A DNA stretch of 64,000 bases from NCBI GenBank assembly GCA_002269645.1, contig NIVC01001062.1, forward strand, positions 186,001 to 250,000. Reading direction: 5' to 3'. Below, piece after piece: positions 1 through 11,489 of this stretch (the stretch's first letter is position 1; every line of letters starts with the position of its first letter). Below the pieces are notes generated by a model, which searched no databases, had not been told where the DNA came from, and saw only the letters and a program-made list of their open reading frames with translations. Both the position numbers and the translations under genes were made by a program. Source of the DNA: Macrostomum lignano. Its lineage: Eukaryota.

Positions 1-429
1 CATTCCCGTCCCCGTCTCTCCTTTTTAAATGGAAGTCAATTAATTAAGCGAGCCATTAATTAATTAAGAGTCGCACACATCATGTATACTAGATTATATT
101 CAACAACTCGTAGCACTCTTACATTAAAAAATCTAAACAGCTTGCTTACTCAACTGAAATTTGCTTTGGAGTGGTTGAAGATTCCAGCGATAAAAATTGC
201 ATACTTTCCATGCTACGAAGTATCATGTATCCCCTGATCAGTATCCTCTGCTCTGATCAAGTGATCAATATCCTCTGAATCACTTGCAAGCTCATTCTTA
301 AGCTCTCTTCTAGCTGCTCCCTCTCCCTCTCAATCTCACTTTCATTTTTATGTCTATCTATCTCTCCATATCCCCCTCTCTCTCCCTCCTGGTTTTAAGC
401 TCTTACACTCTTCCTATCCTTCTCCTTCC

Positions 430-800
430 AAATCTTCCTCTCCATCTCCCTCTCCCTCCCCATATCCCTCTCCCTCTCCCTCTCCCTCTCCCTCTCCCTC
501 TCCCTCTCCCTCTCCCTCTCTCTCTCCCTCTCCCTCTCCCTCTCCCTCCCCATATCCCTCTCCCTCTCCCTCTCCCTCTCCCTGTCCCTCTCTCTCTTCC
601 TCTCCCTCTCCCTCTCCCTCCCCATATCCCTCTCCCTCTCCATCTCCCTGTCCCTCTCTCTCCCTCTCCCTCTCCCTCTCCCTCCCCATATCCCTCTCCC
701 TCTCCCTCTCCCTCTCCCTCTCTCTCCCTCTCCGTCTCCCTCTCCCTCCCCATATCCCTCTCCTCCTCTCCCTCTTCCTCTCCATCTCCCTCTCCCTCTG
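430..800. repeat. (CCCTCT)n / CT-rich polypyrimidine microsatellite
   Basis: Direct reading; produces the PL/RE-repeat ORFs at 350-910, which are artefacts. Confidence 0.95.
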
Positions 801-1953
801 TATTTCACATTACGTCTCCATGTCACTTACTTTTCCGCCAAACCTATTTTCTTACCTCCATTATCCACGTCTGTTCTCTTTTTCTCCACCTCCGTCCAAC
901 TACCACTTGATTTCTACATGTCTAAACTGTACATTGTGTACAACCAAGCAACCATGTCAAACCAAGCATGCAGCGGGCACAATAGCAAACGCACACAGGC
1001 TGCTACATTGTCTGTTTACTTTATGACTTGTTCATCTCAGTCCAACTGGTCCCAAGCATCTGCAGTCGTAACTGGTATGTAGCTTTATCGAAGTTCAATT
1101 CGTTTATCTCTGTCAAACGTGCATTCGCAAACATGCCCTACGATCTGGACCGTTTCTGCTCTTACTCAATCTCCATACTTCTTGTGTGGTCAGCCGTATA
1201 GTCAGATAGTAAATTGGCTCTTACCACTTAAGCTCTGGACAGCAGGGTCTCTTTGCTTTCGGTGTCGGATTGGCTGATTGGACGAACCTAAGCTGTCTCT
1301 CTCTCTCCGACCGTCTCCCCGGTTCGCGCGCAGATTCTAACACTTTTCCGCCTTCTTTCTTCTTCTATAGCCATAGTTGAAGCAAATACTAAATTAAGCC
1401 ATACAAGTATCTATCAGAATTATAACATGCGCATATTCAGTCGGCAAAACGAACACACCCACACTTTGCAGAGAGCCGAAAATTAAAGGCTTTAGTTGAA
1501 GTTTTAGTTGAATTGTTCAAACCTGCGGTCTGGTCACTATTTCGTAAGTTAGTGATTCTTTCGTGGTGGCTGAATCGGCCGCCACTTTGTCCTGTTGAGT
1601 GGCTATTGTCTATTGTGATAGAACTAATTGGAGTCAAGTCGCGGAATACAACTGATTAGAGATTTAGTATATGTGGACTAGCCCACCCCCAACGGGGAAA
1701 ACGAAGGGAAAAACTAAAAAAATTCTAACTTGGCATTTCAGCATTCCTTCTTCAGCCGTGGCATCTCAACATCTCCAAATTATTCGATTTTTTGAATCTT
1801 AGCGAGAACTGATTGAGTAGTGAGTAGTTGCAACACAATTGATTGTAACATTGATTGTGTTGCAAGAGGCGTTTGAAAAACAAACATTTCTTGAACCTCA
1901 AAACCTCAGTTTAACACTATAACTCATACATTCCCTGCAGCCTCGTTGTCACC

Positions 1954-4900
1954 ATGGCCTCAGCAGCGGCAGACAATGCTCCCCTGAATGGACAGCAGCA
2001 GCAGCAATATGAACTCCAGGATGATGCCTCCCCAGACCCGACCGCGGAGGAATCCAGCGTAGACTTCAGCTCAGCTGGTCCCACAGCTTCAGTCACGTAT
2101 CGTCGCACAAAAGGTCGTGACAGTCTCCGACGACTAAGCGACATTATGAGCGCCTACATCCCCGTGATGTCGGGACCGTCAGGACCGTCGGGACCGTCAA
2201 TGCGGACGCAGAACCGATCGCAGCAGGAACAGCCGCTGCTCGAATCCGAAGAGAGTGCACCTGACAGTCCCGACGCCAGGTCTGGTGGCAGCAACCGCGG
2301 CGGCTACCGAACCCTGATGCTGCTGAATGTTGCCAGCCTTCGAGCCGACGAACAATTCACTAGCAGCAGTAGGGAGAATCTTCTAGAAGCGGCTGACGAC
2401 AACGACGAAGAGGATAAGAACAGGCCGCTAGTGGACGGAGACATTGTTGGAGTGGCAATGTCGGAGAACGGTCTGGCTTTCCTGATTTTCAAGGACAGTC
2501 CTGACATACTGCGGCTAGACACTCGGTCCGCCACCGCTGGCGGTAACTTGCCTGGCACAGCCAAGGCTTGTAAAGTGCTGCAAATCCGGCTGCGTCAGGG
2601 CGTCAAGCTTCACCCAACGGATGTAAAAGTTTACAAAGAGCGACTCTTTGTTTGCGGTCGGTTGACTAGGAAGATTGGAGAGAAGAGCGTTGCCTTGTCA
2701 GCTGTGGCTAGATGCAACCTGGATGGAGTGGTCGAATTGGTGAGTTAAATCCGTCTTGGATTGATTTTTTAGGGATTACGTGCATAGAAGTGCCAATGGA
2801 AATTTAACCCTAAGAAAAAGACTACCTACACAGCCACATTCATGGTCGTGCAAACGCACGAATGCATACCCAGACACGTGTTTACACGGAGTGTATATTG
2901 TACATGGCCTTGACTTTCTTGTCGGCTGGCCCTCGTAGGCGAAGCCCTAGGCCAATTTTATTGCAAGGTCCCTATCCTTCGCTCATATATGGAAACACTA
3001 CTAAGAATTAACCAATTCTTCGACACTTTGCAGTGGCCATCGCAAAAGAAATTGTAAACAAAATGATATATTTACTTCATAATCTATCGTTACCGCACCG
3101 TATTCGTGAATTCAAGAAGCAAACGTTATCATTTGTTACACTGTTTTAGGCCACAATTTTTTTTAAAAACCCTATCAGTTTAGTAAATTAGATATACTGT
3201 TAACAGTCATCTTTTTACCTGAAGCTTTGTGCATCAAAGTGTCGAATCAATCTGTCTTCACTCGTATAGCGTTTTGATTAACTTGAATTCAGTCTAACTG
3301 TGCGAAGTTAGCTATATAGATTAGCTAGAAAATATATTATAGCACGGCTACCTACCCAAGCAGGAATGAATTTTGTGTTGGCAAAAGTATCAATATTTAT
3401 GTGAAATTTTTTACCAGGCTCGTAGCAAAGATTTCTTATGCCACATGTCATCTGAGTTCATTCCATTTTGAGGTGGCACCACTTCCCCTGAAAGTGCCAT
3501 CCCATTTTGAGGTGGCGCCACTTTCCCTGAAGGTACCATCTGTTATATCTCGTGGATAAACAAATATCGTTTTTTATTAACAAGCGTAGTTCAGCTCAGC
3601 TGCGTCTTGACTATTGACGCCGGGACCGAGTCCCTGTATTTATTGCGAAATTAACTGCAAAAAGGGTCCGGCTCATAGACACTAGTTTATGTAGTCTCGG
3701 TGACAAGTAATTAAATATTAAATCAAGACACAACACCATCCAATTTTGAGGTGGCGTCACTTTCCCTGAAGGTGCCATCCAATTTTGGGGTGGCGCTACT
3801 TTCCCTGAAGGTGCCATCCAATTTTGGGGTGGCGCTACTTTCCCTGAAGATGTCATCCCATTTTGAGGTGGCGCCACTTTATCTGAGTGGTGAGCTAGTT
3901 ATTAAAGATATTAATTCAGCTTCGTATACAACTTGACAGGTGTCTGTTAAAATTAGGCATTCCACTGTATCCGTGGGCATGTTCGGGTGTCAGAGTAATT
4001 ATCTAATCATCATTGATTGCATCCTCGCTGCCTGTCTAGTTGATAAAAGATCCACAATGTTCCTCTACAAGAAATAGCCTACTGAGAAGTAGCAATAAAT
4101 GAATATGAAGGTAATATCTTTAACTTGAATGTGTATGTTTGTTCCGCTGACAACTGAGCCTGACCCCACTGATGCGCACACACTCACACAGGGTGTACAG
4201 GGGCCCTGATTTCTCATCATCAGACTGTGTACTTTTTAGCCCGATAGTGGGACGCGTTAACCTATATTAGTCTTAAGCTCATCGGTCAATTGAGAAGAGT
4301 CGCAAGAACTTAGAAAGCTGGTCATATTCTCCCACCCTTACATCAAATCCATCTTTCACTTAACTATAGGCATCGAAGGAGTTGCCGGAGCCGCGGTTCC
4401 TCGGTTTCGACATTGACCCCACCGACGACCAGCTGGTGGTGGCCAGCCCCATGCCCGACGGTCACGGCTCGCAGGTGTTCAAAATGAGCTCGGATTTCAA
4501 GGAGAAGAAATTTAAAATCCTGCTTGGCACCCGAGGAGACAGCTGGCACAGGCCCGAGTTCGTAGCCTGCATCGGCGGGGAGCAGCCGGTGTGCTGGGTG
4601 GCTGTGCAGCAGTCCGCCAGTCCCAGTGGCCTGGCAACTGGTCAGGTGACTCACCGGCTGCTCTCATTCCCGTTAAGACGCCCGCCAGTAACTGATGAAG
4701 CTACAGCTGAAGGTGCAGCTGCACCAGCGAGCACAAAGGATTGGATGAAGGTGATCATTTGTTATCTAGCAAAAAGTTCCTGAAGTACGGATTAGGGTTT
4801 GTGTGAAATGCTTTAATGCAGAGAGTCAGAGAGTCAGAGATTATTTTTGAATATCAGTTTTTCTACATCTAATCCCTTAGATTCTAGATTTTTTCAAAAT

Positions 4901-5816
4901 TTTAATCGTCATTCTAACGATTTTAAAATTCTTTTTAAGAATTCAAGAGTATCACCTCAATGTGTTACCCTAATATTTATTCTCAGCTCGAGACTTTTGT
5001 CTTAATTTATTATTCTAGTCTATCGTGTGAGTTTAGTTCCAGCCTAAGATTTTAATCTCTGCTAATTCTTAGATTCTAGTTTCACCTTGAGATTTAGTAC
5101 GTCTCACCATGAGATTTAAATCTTATTTGACGATCCAATCTCATCCTAAAATTCTATTTCACCCTAAGATTCTGGTCTGACCCTAAGATTTTGTCTTATC
5201 TTATGATTCCTGTCTCACCCTAAGACTCTAGTCTCATCCTATGACTCTAGTCTCACCCTAAGACTCTAATCTCACCCCAAGATTTTAGTGTAAACCTAAG
5301 TTTCTAGTCTCACCCTAAGATTCTAGTCTCATCCTATGACTCTAGTCTCACCCTAAGACTCTAGTCTCACCCTAAGACTCTAGTCTCACCCTAAGACTCT
5401 AGTCTCACCCTAAGACTCTAGTCTCACCCTAAGACTCTAGTCAGACTAAGACTCTAGTCTCACCCTAAGAATCTAATCACAACTATTCTACATAACCCGC
5501 CCAGGTGAGCGTCTGGAAATTTGAAGGCCTCCAACCTGGCCGCCTGCTGGCTCTGCAGTCGCCAAACAATTCCTTGGGCCGGCTGCTCATGTTGAGCCGC
5601 GACCGTGGCAACATCTACAGCGTCAGCGAGGAATCCGGCTGCTTTCCGTTGACCCACCCGGCGTCCGAGGGAGGTCAGGCCTTCACGGCATTCTGCTCGT
5701 TGAATGAGCGACCAGCTGCAGTCAGCAGTAATGGTGACACAACAACAGCATCAGCTACTACCATCGACATCTTGGCAGCCACGAAGGATTCTCTGTACTT
5801 GCTACAGGCGTCGTAA
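1954..5816 (+). CDS. Uncharacterised ~492-aa protein, join(1954..2739,4370..4750,5505..5816); low-complexity N-terminus, possible NHL-like beta-propeller C-terminus
   Basis: Three GC-rich ORFs joined in phase 0: TTG|gtgagt (2740), ctatag|GCA (4370), AAG|gtgatc (4751; alternative in-phase donor CAG|gtgact at 4646), ccag|GTG (5505), stop TAA ending 5816. The propeller call rests only on strand-like segments (IVGVAMSENG, LHPTDVKVYKERLFVCG, FLGFDIDPTDDQLVVAS, RPEFVACIGG) and is weak. Confidence 0.75.
3463..3880. repeat. 39-bp minisatellite (caattttgaggtggcgccactttccctgaaggtgccatc) in two clusters within gene 1 intron 1
   Basis: About 2 copies at 3463-3540 and about 3.7 copies at 3737-3880. Confidence 0.85.
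5140..5475. repeat. 19-bp minisatellite (ctaagactctagtctcacc) in gene 1 intron 2
   Basis: Direct reading; degenerate 5' end, homogeneous 3' end close to the acceptor. Confidence 0.9.
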
Positions 5817-7499
5817 AAATTGATTCTAAATTACCAATTATTAATATTGCCAGTATAGTTTTATGAGCTGCCAGGTTTATCTAAACAAACTGTAATTTAG
5901 TATATCTGAACGGTAAACAACCGATCGCCGTAGTTTTAACCATAATTTCTTACGTTGCAATAGAACATGCAATAACAATAACTCTTTAAAGTGGACATAA
6001 GTGTTATTAAATCGAAAATTTCATAAATTTTCTCAGCTAATGAGTTAATTGCCTGTTTTTAAAATGACATAGTGATCAAAATCAACATAAGAATTTCCGC
6101 GATTGCAATAGAATTGTATTTATAGTTATTGTATACGAAAACTCTGACAAGGCAAAAAAACTTTTTTCTGTTGAAGCTTTGCAATAGATAAATCATTTTC
6201 AACAAATTATAGACTAGCAATTTAATAAAACTAATTTCAGTTCCTTGACACAATCGTTTATTTGCAATATTTTTAACTTGTTTTGTTATAGTTAGAAGTA
6301 AATTAGTTTTTCTGATTTCATAGAAACATTAAAGCGCTCTATTATCAATATCTACCGAACTACTACAATAAATCAAATATTTCCTTTTTATTAGCTAAAT
6401 TAATTATACCAATCTGAGCAAGAAAAAAACACTTAATAACGAAGAAAAATAATTTTGCGTCTAACTCTAATATAACACGCATACACACGTATATATAATT
6501 CTTATTTTTAGTTCAAGCCTTCTTAATTCGTTAATTATTAAAATCCACGAAAAACAAGAATTAATAATAACAACAATAACCCCTAACGAAACCAAATTTT
6601 ACCTCAAAACGCATTTAAGTTAACGATTTTCAGACTAATTGTTGCTATGATGGGTTTCGGCCTTTTCGGCCCCATTCGGGAAGCCTTCGGGCCTCAGGTC
6701 TCAGAAATAAATCAATTAGAGTCCTGGCCCCCCACTCCTGTCAGATGGTCAGCCCCATGGTAGCTTGATCTGTGGCGAGCAGTCTAGGTTCTATAGCTAA
6801 GAGAGGGACAGCGAGAGACAAGCAGGGAGAAGGTAGGAGATCAGCTAATCCGCAGATTAACTAACCCGCTGCCACCAGCGGCCGTGCGTCCTGGCTCACC
6901 AAACCGGAACTTTCGAAATCGGGCTTCCGACTAGAGGGGGCTTAGCACTTACCTGCCAACTAGTGTCTTTTTGCTGTCAATCTCGAAGTCATAGCCGATG
7001 ATAAGGGACACTGCTGGGACTTGATTGCATTGGCCATGCAGGTACAGAGGGGACTTGTGCAGGGGATTCTTACAGTGGCGAGACTATGGGGTAGCTACCT
7101 GTACTATTACATTACTAAATACGAGGAATTGTACTTTTGGCCTTCAACACGCAAATCAGCCTCTCGTAGCGCTGATGATAGACTAACTCGAACCTCAGAG
7201 ACCGCATGATGAATCACCCGAGCCGCTTGGCGAATCTAGGATGCACAGAATACTACACCTCTAGCGCCGGTTTCGCATTATTGGCAATTTCGCTAACTGA
7301 TTTGATAGATTGATCGATTGAGAACCGCCTTGCCATTGGTCCACTGTGACCGGCGCCTACTAGCTTAGCTACTCATCTGAGCCATCGGCGAACAAAGAAA
7401 TAAAACCGATAAAAATAACTGTCAGATTTAACCTTCTCCTTAAATCACTTCACACTTCAGATTGAATTGGAGTTTCGGACTACTAACAGTATTATTGAA

Positions 7500-7946
7500 T
7501 TATTTCTGCCTCAATAACAGCACTGCTGAACAAAATGAGCAAAAGTGTGCGCCTAATCCAGCTACTGCAACAGGGGACAGATAAGGGATCACCCAATCAA
7601 GCAAGTCTAGGCAGCCTCTCACCCAACTAATCAGAAACTCAACAGCCGGAGACCAGGTAATCCACAGTGATCGAATCGGCTTAGTGCTTCGCAGCTGTAG
7701 ACCCGGGATGATGCTGATGTCACAATCTTTGCAGATAGCTAGCAGGTGATGTTCTTAATCTTGATGTTCGCTGCTGACGACCGGGGCGATTCGTCCTTGA
7801 TGATGATGGGGGGGGGGTCGCGATCCGGGGATCAAGAGACGACGGTCGAGCTCCGGGAGGTCTAAGTCCCAGGAGGCGGAGCAGGGTCCCGTTGAGCCCG
7901 AGCGGGCTAAAAACACCGGTTTAAATAGCCGCCAACTGGACCGCAA
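7500..7946 (-). mobile_element. Possible degenerate Penelope-like retroelement 5' ORF remnant
   Basis: After an in-frame stop at 7755-7757 the minus frame reads EHHLLAICKDCDISIIPGLQLRS, resembling my recollection of the H..FL..C....IPKGL.L motif of Penelope N-termini. No RT or GIY-YIG seen. Confidence 0.3.
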
Positions 7947-9249
7947 TTTGTTATATCGACGCTGATTGGCTGAGCCGATTTTTTATAACGCACGTCGAAT
8001 TTTCTGATTGGCTGAGCTTGATGCCACCCTAACTCACATGACCAGAAGATCCTATCAGTTCCCTCGGGGTCATAAATATACGACAGGTGCGGTCATAAAT
8101 CACTCAAAATCGCTAAATAATGATTTATGACCTTTCGCGTAGCAATGACAAAAATGAATGACAAAATATACATTAGAAAGCTCTTATTAAGTAGAAAGTG
8201 AAGAAATCGCTAATCGCTAATCCCAACGTACTTTTAGGTGTAAAACGTATAGCTGTCAAAGCTGTCACACGCTTGAGTAAACACGAACAATAGGTCCTGA
8301 CCTCATAAATCTTGATGGCCTGTCAAAATGATGAGAAAAAAGCTACCGCCCGCATCCTCTCAGACCATCTGGCGCCAGTCTCAACACTGAGTGAGGCGCA
8401 GGTGGCTGTCAGACCAGCTCGAAAGCAATGATTTATGACCCAAAAGCCGCACCTATGTTACTATAACTACAAGTTTGGCAAAATCATATAACGAGTATGA
8501 ATTCTAGGAAAATACATAAAGAGAAGAAAAAATGCCCATAGCCTGTTGTTAGTAGGCTAGTAAGTTTGGAGCCCATGTGCGAGCGTGAAGTTTGGAAAAA
8601 AATGCGTCCTCATCAGCTATATTAATTTGGCGTGGCACACAAACACCTGAACTTTATTATCAGTGCCACACTAACTTATTCTGTTCCTTAACTACTACTA
8701 CATACACCAGCTAAGTAGCAAATCAGGGATATAAAATTATTTATTGCAGCTTTGCTACACGAGTACTGATTTTACTGTAGCAATTCGCGAAAAACAGATC
8801 AGCTAAAAGACAGGTCAGATTAAAGAAAAATTGCAATAGCCCGAAGGGCAAGCTTATATGGGCATGCGATATCTTCTTTGATTGATCTGCAGTCACTATC
8901 TAATCGGAAGTGAGCTGCAGTCTGCATGCTTGCTTGGCATGCTTGGTGACTAGTCAGATGACTTAGCATGCATATCGATCGACAAAATGAGAATGCAGGA
9001 GAGAAAAAAGGTTCTCGGTTTTTTTGACGACTCTCGATCATCTACAATATTGTACGCAATGATTTATATTAGCTAAAATCTCTTTGCTTCTTTTGACTTC
9101 GAAGTTGTTATTTAGATACTCGCTGCAGTGCATACCCCGCCATGGTAATACCTAAATCCTGTAACTATGCATATACTTGTTGAATCTTCTCACACTTCCT
9201 GAAGTCATCATGCCGCCTTAAATTTTTCACAATTCCCTTCGTGAAATCA

Positions 9250-9610
9250 TCAAACCTCTCTGAAGTCATCAAACCTCTCTGAAGTCATCAAACCTCTCTT
9301 GAAGTCATCAAACCTCTCTGAAGTCATCAAACAGCTCTCTGAAGTCATCAAACCTCTCTGAAGTCATCAAACCTCTCTGAAGTCATCAAACCTCTCTGAA
9401 GTCATCAAACCTCTCTTGAAGTCATCAAACCTCTCTGAAGTCATCAAACCTCTCTGAAGTCATCAAATCTCTCTGAAGTCATCAAACCTCTCTGAAGTCA
9501 TCAAACCTCTCTGAAGTCATCAAATCTCTCTGAAGTCATCAAACCTCTGAAGCCATCAAACCTCTCTGAACTCATCACACCTCCCTGAAGTCATCACGTC
9601 TTCCTGAAGT
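9250..9610. repeat. 19-bp minisatellite (tgaagtcatcaaacctctc)
   Basis: About 18 tandem copies with small indels. Confidence 0.92.
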
Positions 9611-10156
9611 CATGGGTCATGGAAATTCCTAAAAAGTTTTCAGATCTTTCAGCACTTTTCCTGAAGTTATATTTATCGCATCATGCACGCAACTCGTACC
9701 TAATATAAATAAACTTCCTCAACATTTTGTTGTTGCTTTTACAAGCTTCCAGACTAGAACCCAAATAACTATATCCTCTATACCGCAGACATCTGCCCAT
9801 TGCATATCAATGAGCAGTCTCTCTCCCCTTGGGAGATTTTGGTTTGACCAGCCAATCACCCAACCAAAACCGCTTCCTTACAATGTCTGTCGCTCTCTCT
9901 TTCTCTCTCTCCCTCTCGATCTCCTTTTTTCATCCCACTCAGTCTCTCCTTTGAGTCTTGTCCTTCTTTCACTTGGCTCGCTTTCGCAAGCGCAGAATTG
10001 CTTTTATAGTTAAGAGTTGTAGATTGTTTCCTTGCTAAATTGAATTTGGAAGCACTTAAAAAGCGGCAAAGAAGAGTCTTAACTTGCTAATAAACCGACA
10101 CAAGCACTGAACGTTTTTGTGGTGAGTTTGTATCTTATTGTATTTTTAGGTAGCCA

Positions 10157-10733
10157 TTTTTTTATTAGAGGCCGGGGCTTTCTGCAGCCTAGTGCACGTT
10201 GAGCGGTATTGTCACACAACCGGCGGGATCGCATCGGCGAGGCCGGTCCGTAGACACAGCGGCGAGGCAAGCGTTGCCCATTCCGCTAATCGCTGAGAAG
10301 CCCGCATAGGCTAGGGCGCGGGGCCGGTCAGGGAGGTCTGCCGGTCCTGTCTGCAGTGTTGTCTTCGGTGGGTAAGACGGAGGTTTCGGAGGTGGCCCGG
10401 AGGAAGCGGATGAGCCGTGTAATGTTTTTCGGGTCTGCAGGCGTCGTTCAGGGACGGGTTGGGCCCGAGGTATTTGAGCCGGTCTCGGTTGAAGCCCGGG
10501 CAATGGCAGACGAAGTGCTTAGCGTCCTCGTTCTCGAGGTTGCAGAAGGGGGAGAGTTCGCTCCAGTAGTCGCCTTGGAGGAAACAATGCTTGGAAAAGC
10601 AACAACAGGGACCTGTGAAGATCATAGTGAGAGCGCGGATACCTTTTGGATTCTGGTGCCCCCGAACCTCAGAGGGAAGAGCAGCTCTGCGAAAAACGCG
10701 TTTTACACCATGTGTGAGCGTACGTAACTTCAT
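10157..10733 (-). mobile_element. 5'-truncated non-LTR retrotransposon 3' end (I/Loa/R1-like, C-terminal Cys/His knuckle)
   Basis: Minus ORF 10311-10733 has IFTGPC...LSPFCNLENEDAKHFVCHCPGFNRDRLKYLG, the LTGH..CPFC..E...H....CP...R..YLG tail typical of these LINEs; followed by an [14 protein letters not shown] near 10157. Confidence 0.75.
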
Positions 10734-11489
10734 GCATGTGTGCTCAGAGGTCAGTGTAATGGTTAGAATTGCTTGTTATACTGGGCAGCAATGGGAATAG
10801 CCGTATTGATTTTCGGCAGTGCCCCGAATTCCCCTGCAATCTGACTGACTACCCACGAGGATAAAAATGACACTATGTACTACTGACCTTACAATAAACT
10901 TTTATAAACGTACAGAAGGCACTCTACTGGTTGCCGCAACAGTACCTTAGATGGGTGTTGTCCTTAGTTCATTTGATAGTTTTGATTTTCTTGGATTTTA
11001 TCTAAGAAATGGGTGCCTCTCGCCTAAATCTTGATTCTGGTTTCTTCTTTCTCTTGTTGCAGTAGAAAATTCATTTCCGATTCATGAGAAAGTCGAGTTT
11101 TGGACTCGACTGGCTCTTATTCATTATACTCTAGTCTATACTTATTATACTCTAGTATTTACATAAGTGTATGTAGTATTACATAGTACTTATGTAATAT
11201 ATATAGTATGTAATATATAGTATAGTGTAATATATATATATATAGTATTTTAGTATGCTGTATTATACTCTCTAGACATAGTTTGGCTGGCCAAGCGTTC
11301 GATGCTGCTGTGGACCGAGGTCCCCCATTGGCGTTAAGGCTATTTTACAAACTCAATATTGCATATGCTTGAAACTAATCATATATTGTCCTTTCCCTTT
11401 TCTACTCTCTTATTCTCTCCTTCTCTGACAATTTTTAAGTATATAACGCAATTTCTTATAATATGGCGTCATTTCTGGTAGTCTCATCT

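Noticed and set aside
2935-2975. Spliced-leader RNA gene or hairpin element (ggcgaagcc; aattttattgcaag)
   Set aside because: Only a partial resemblance; no ATG|GT leader end or Sm site
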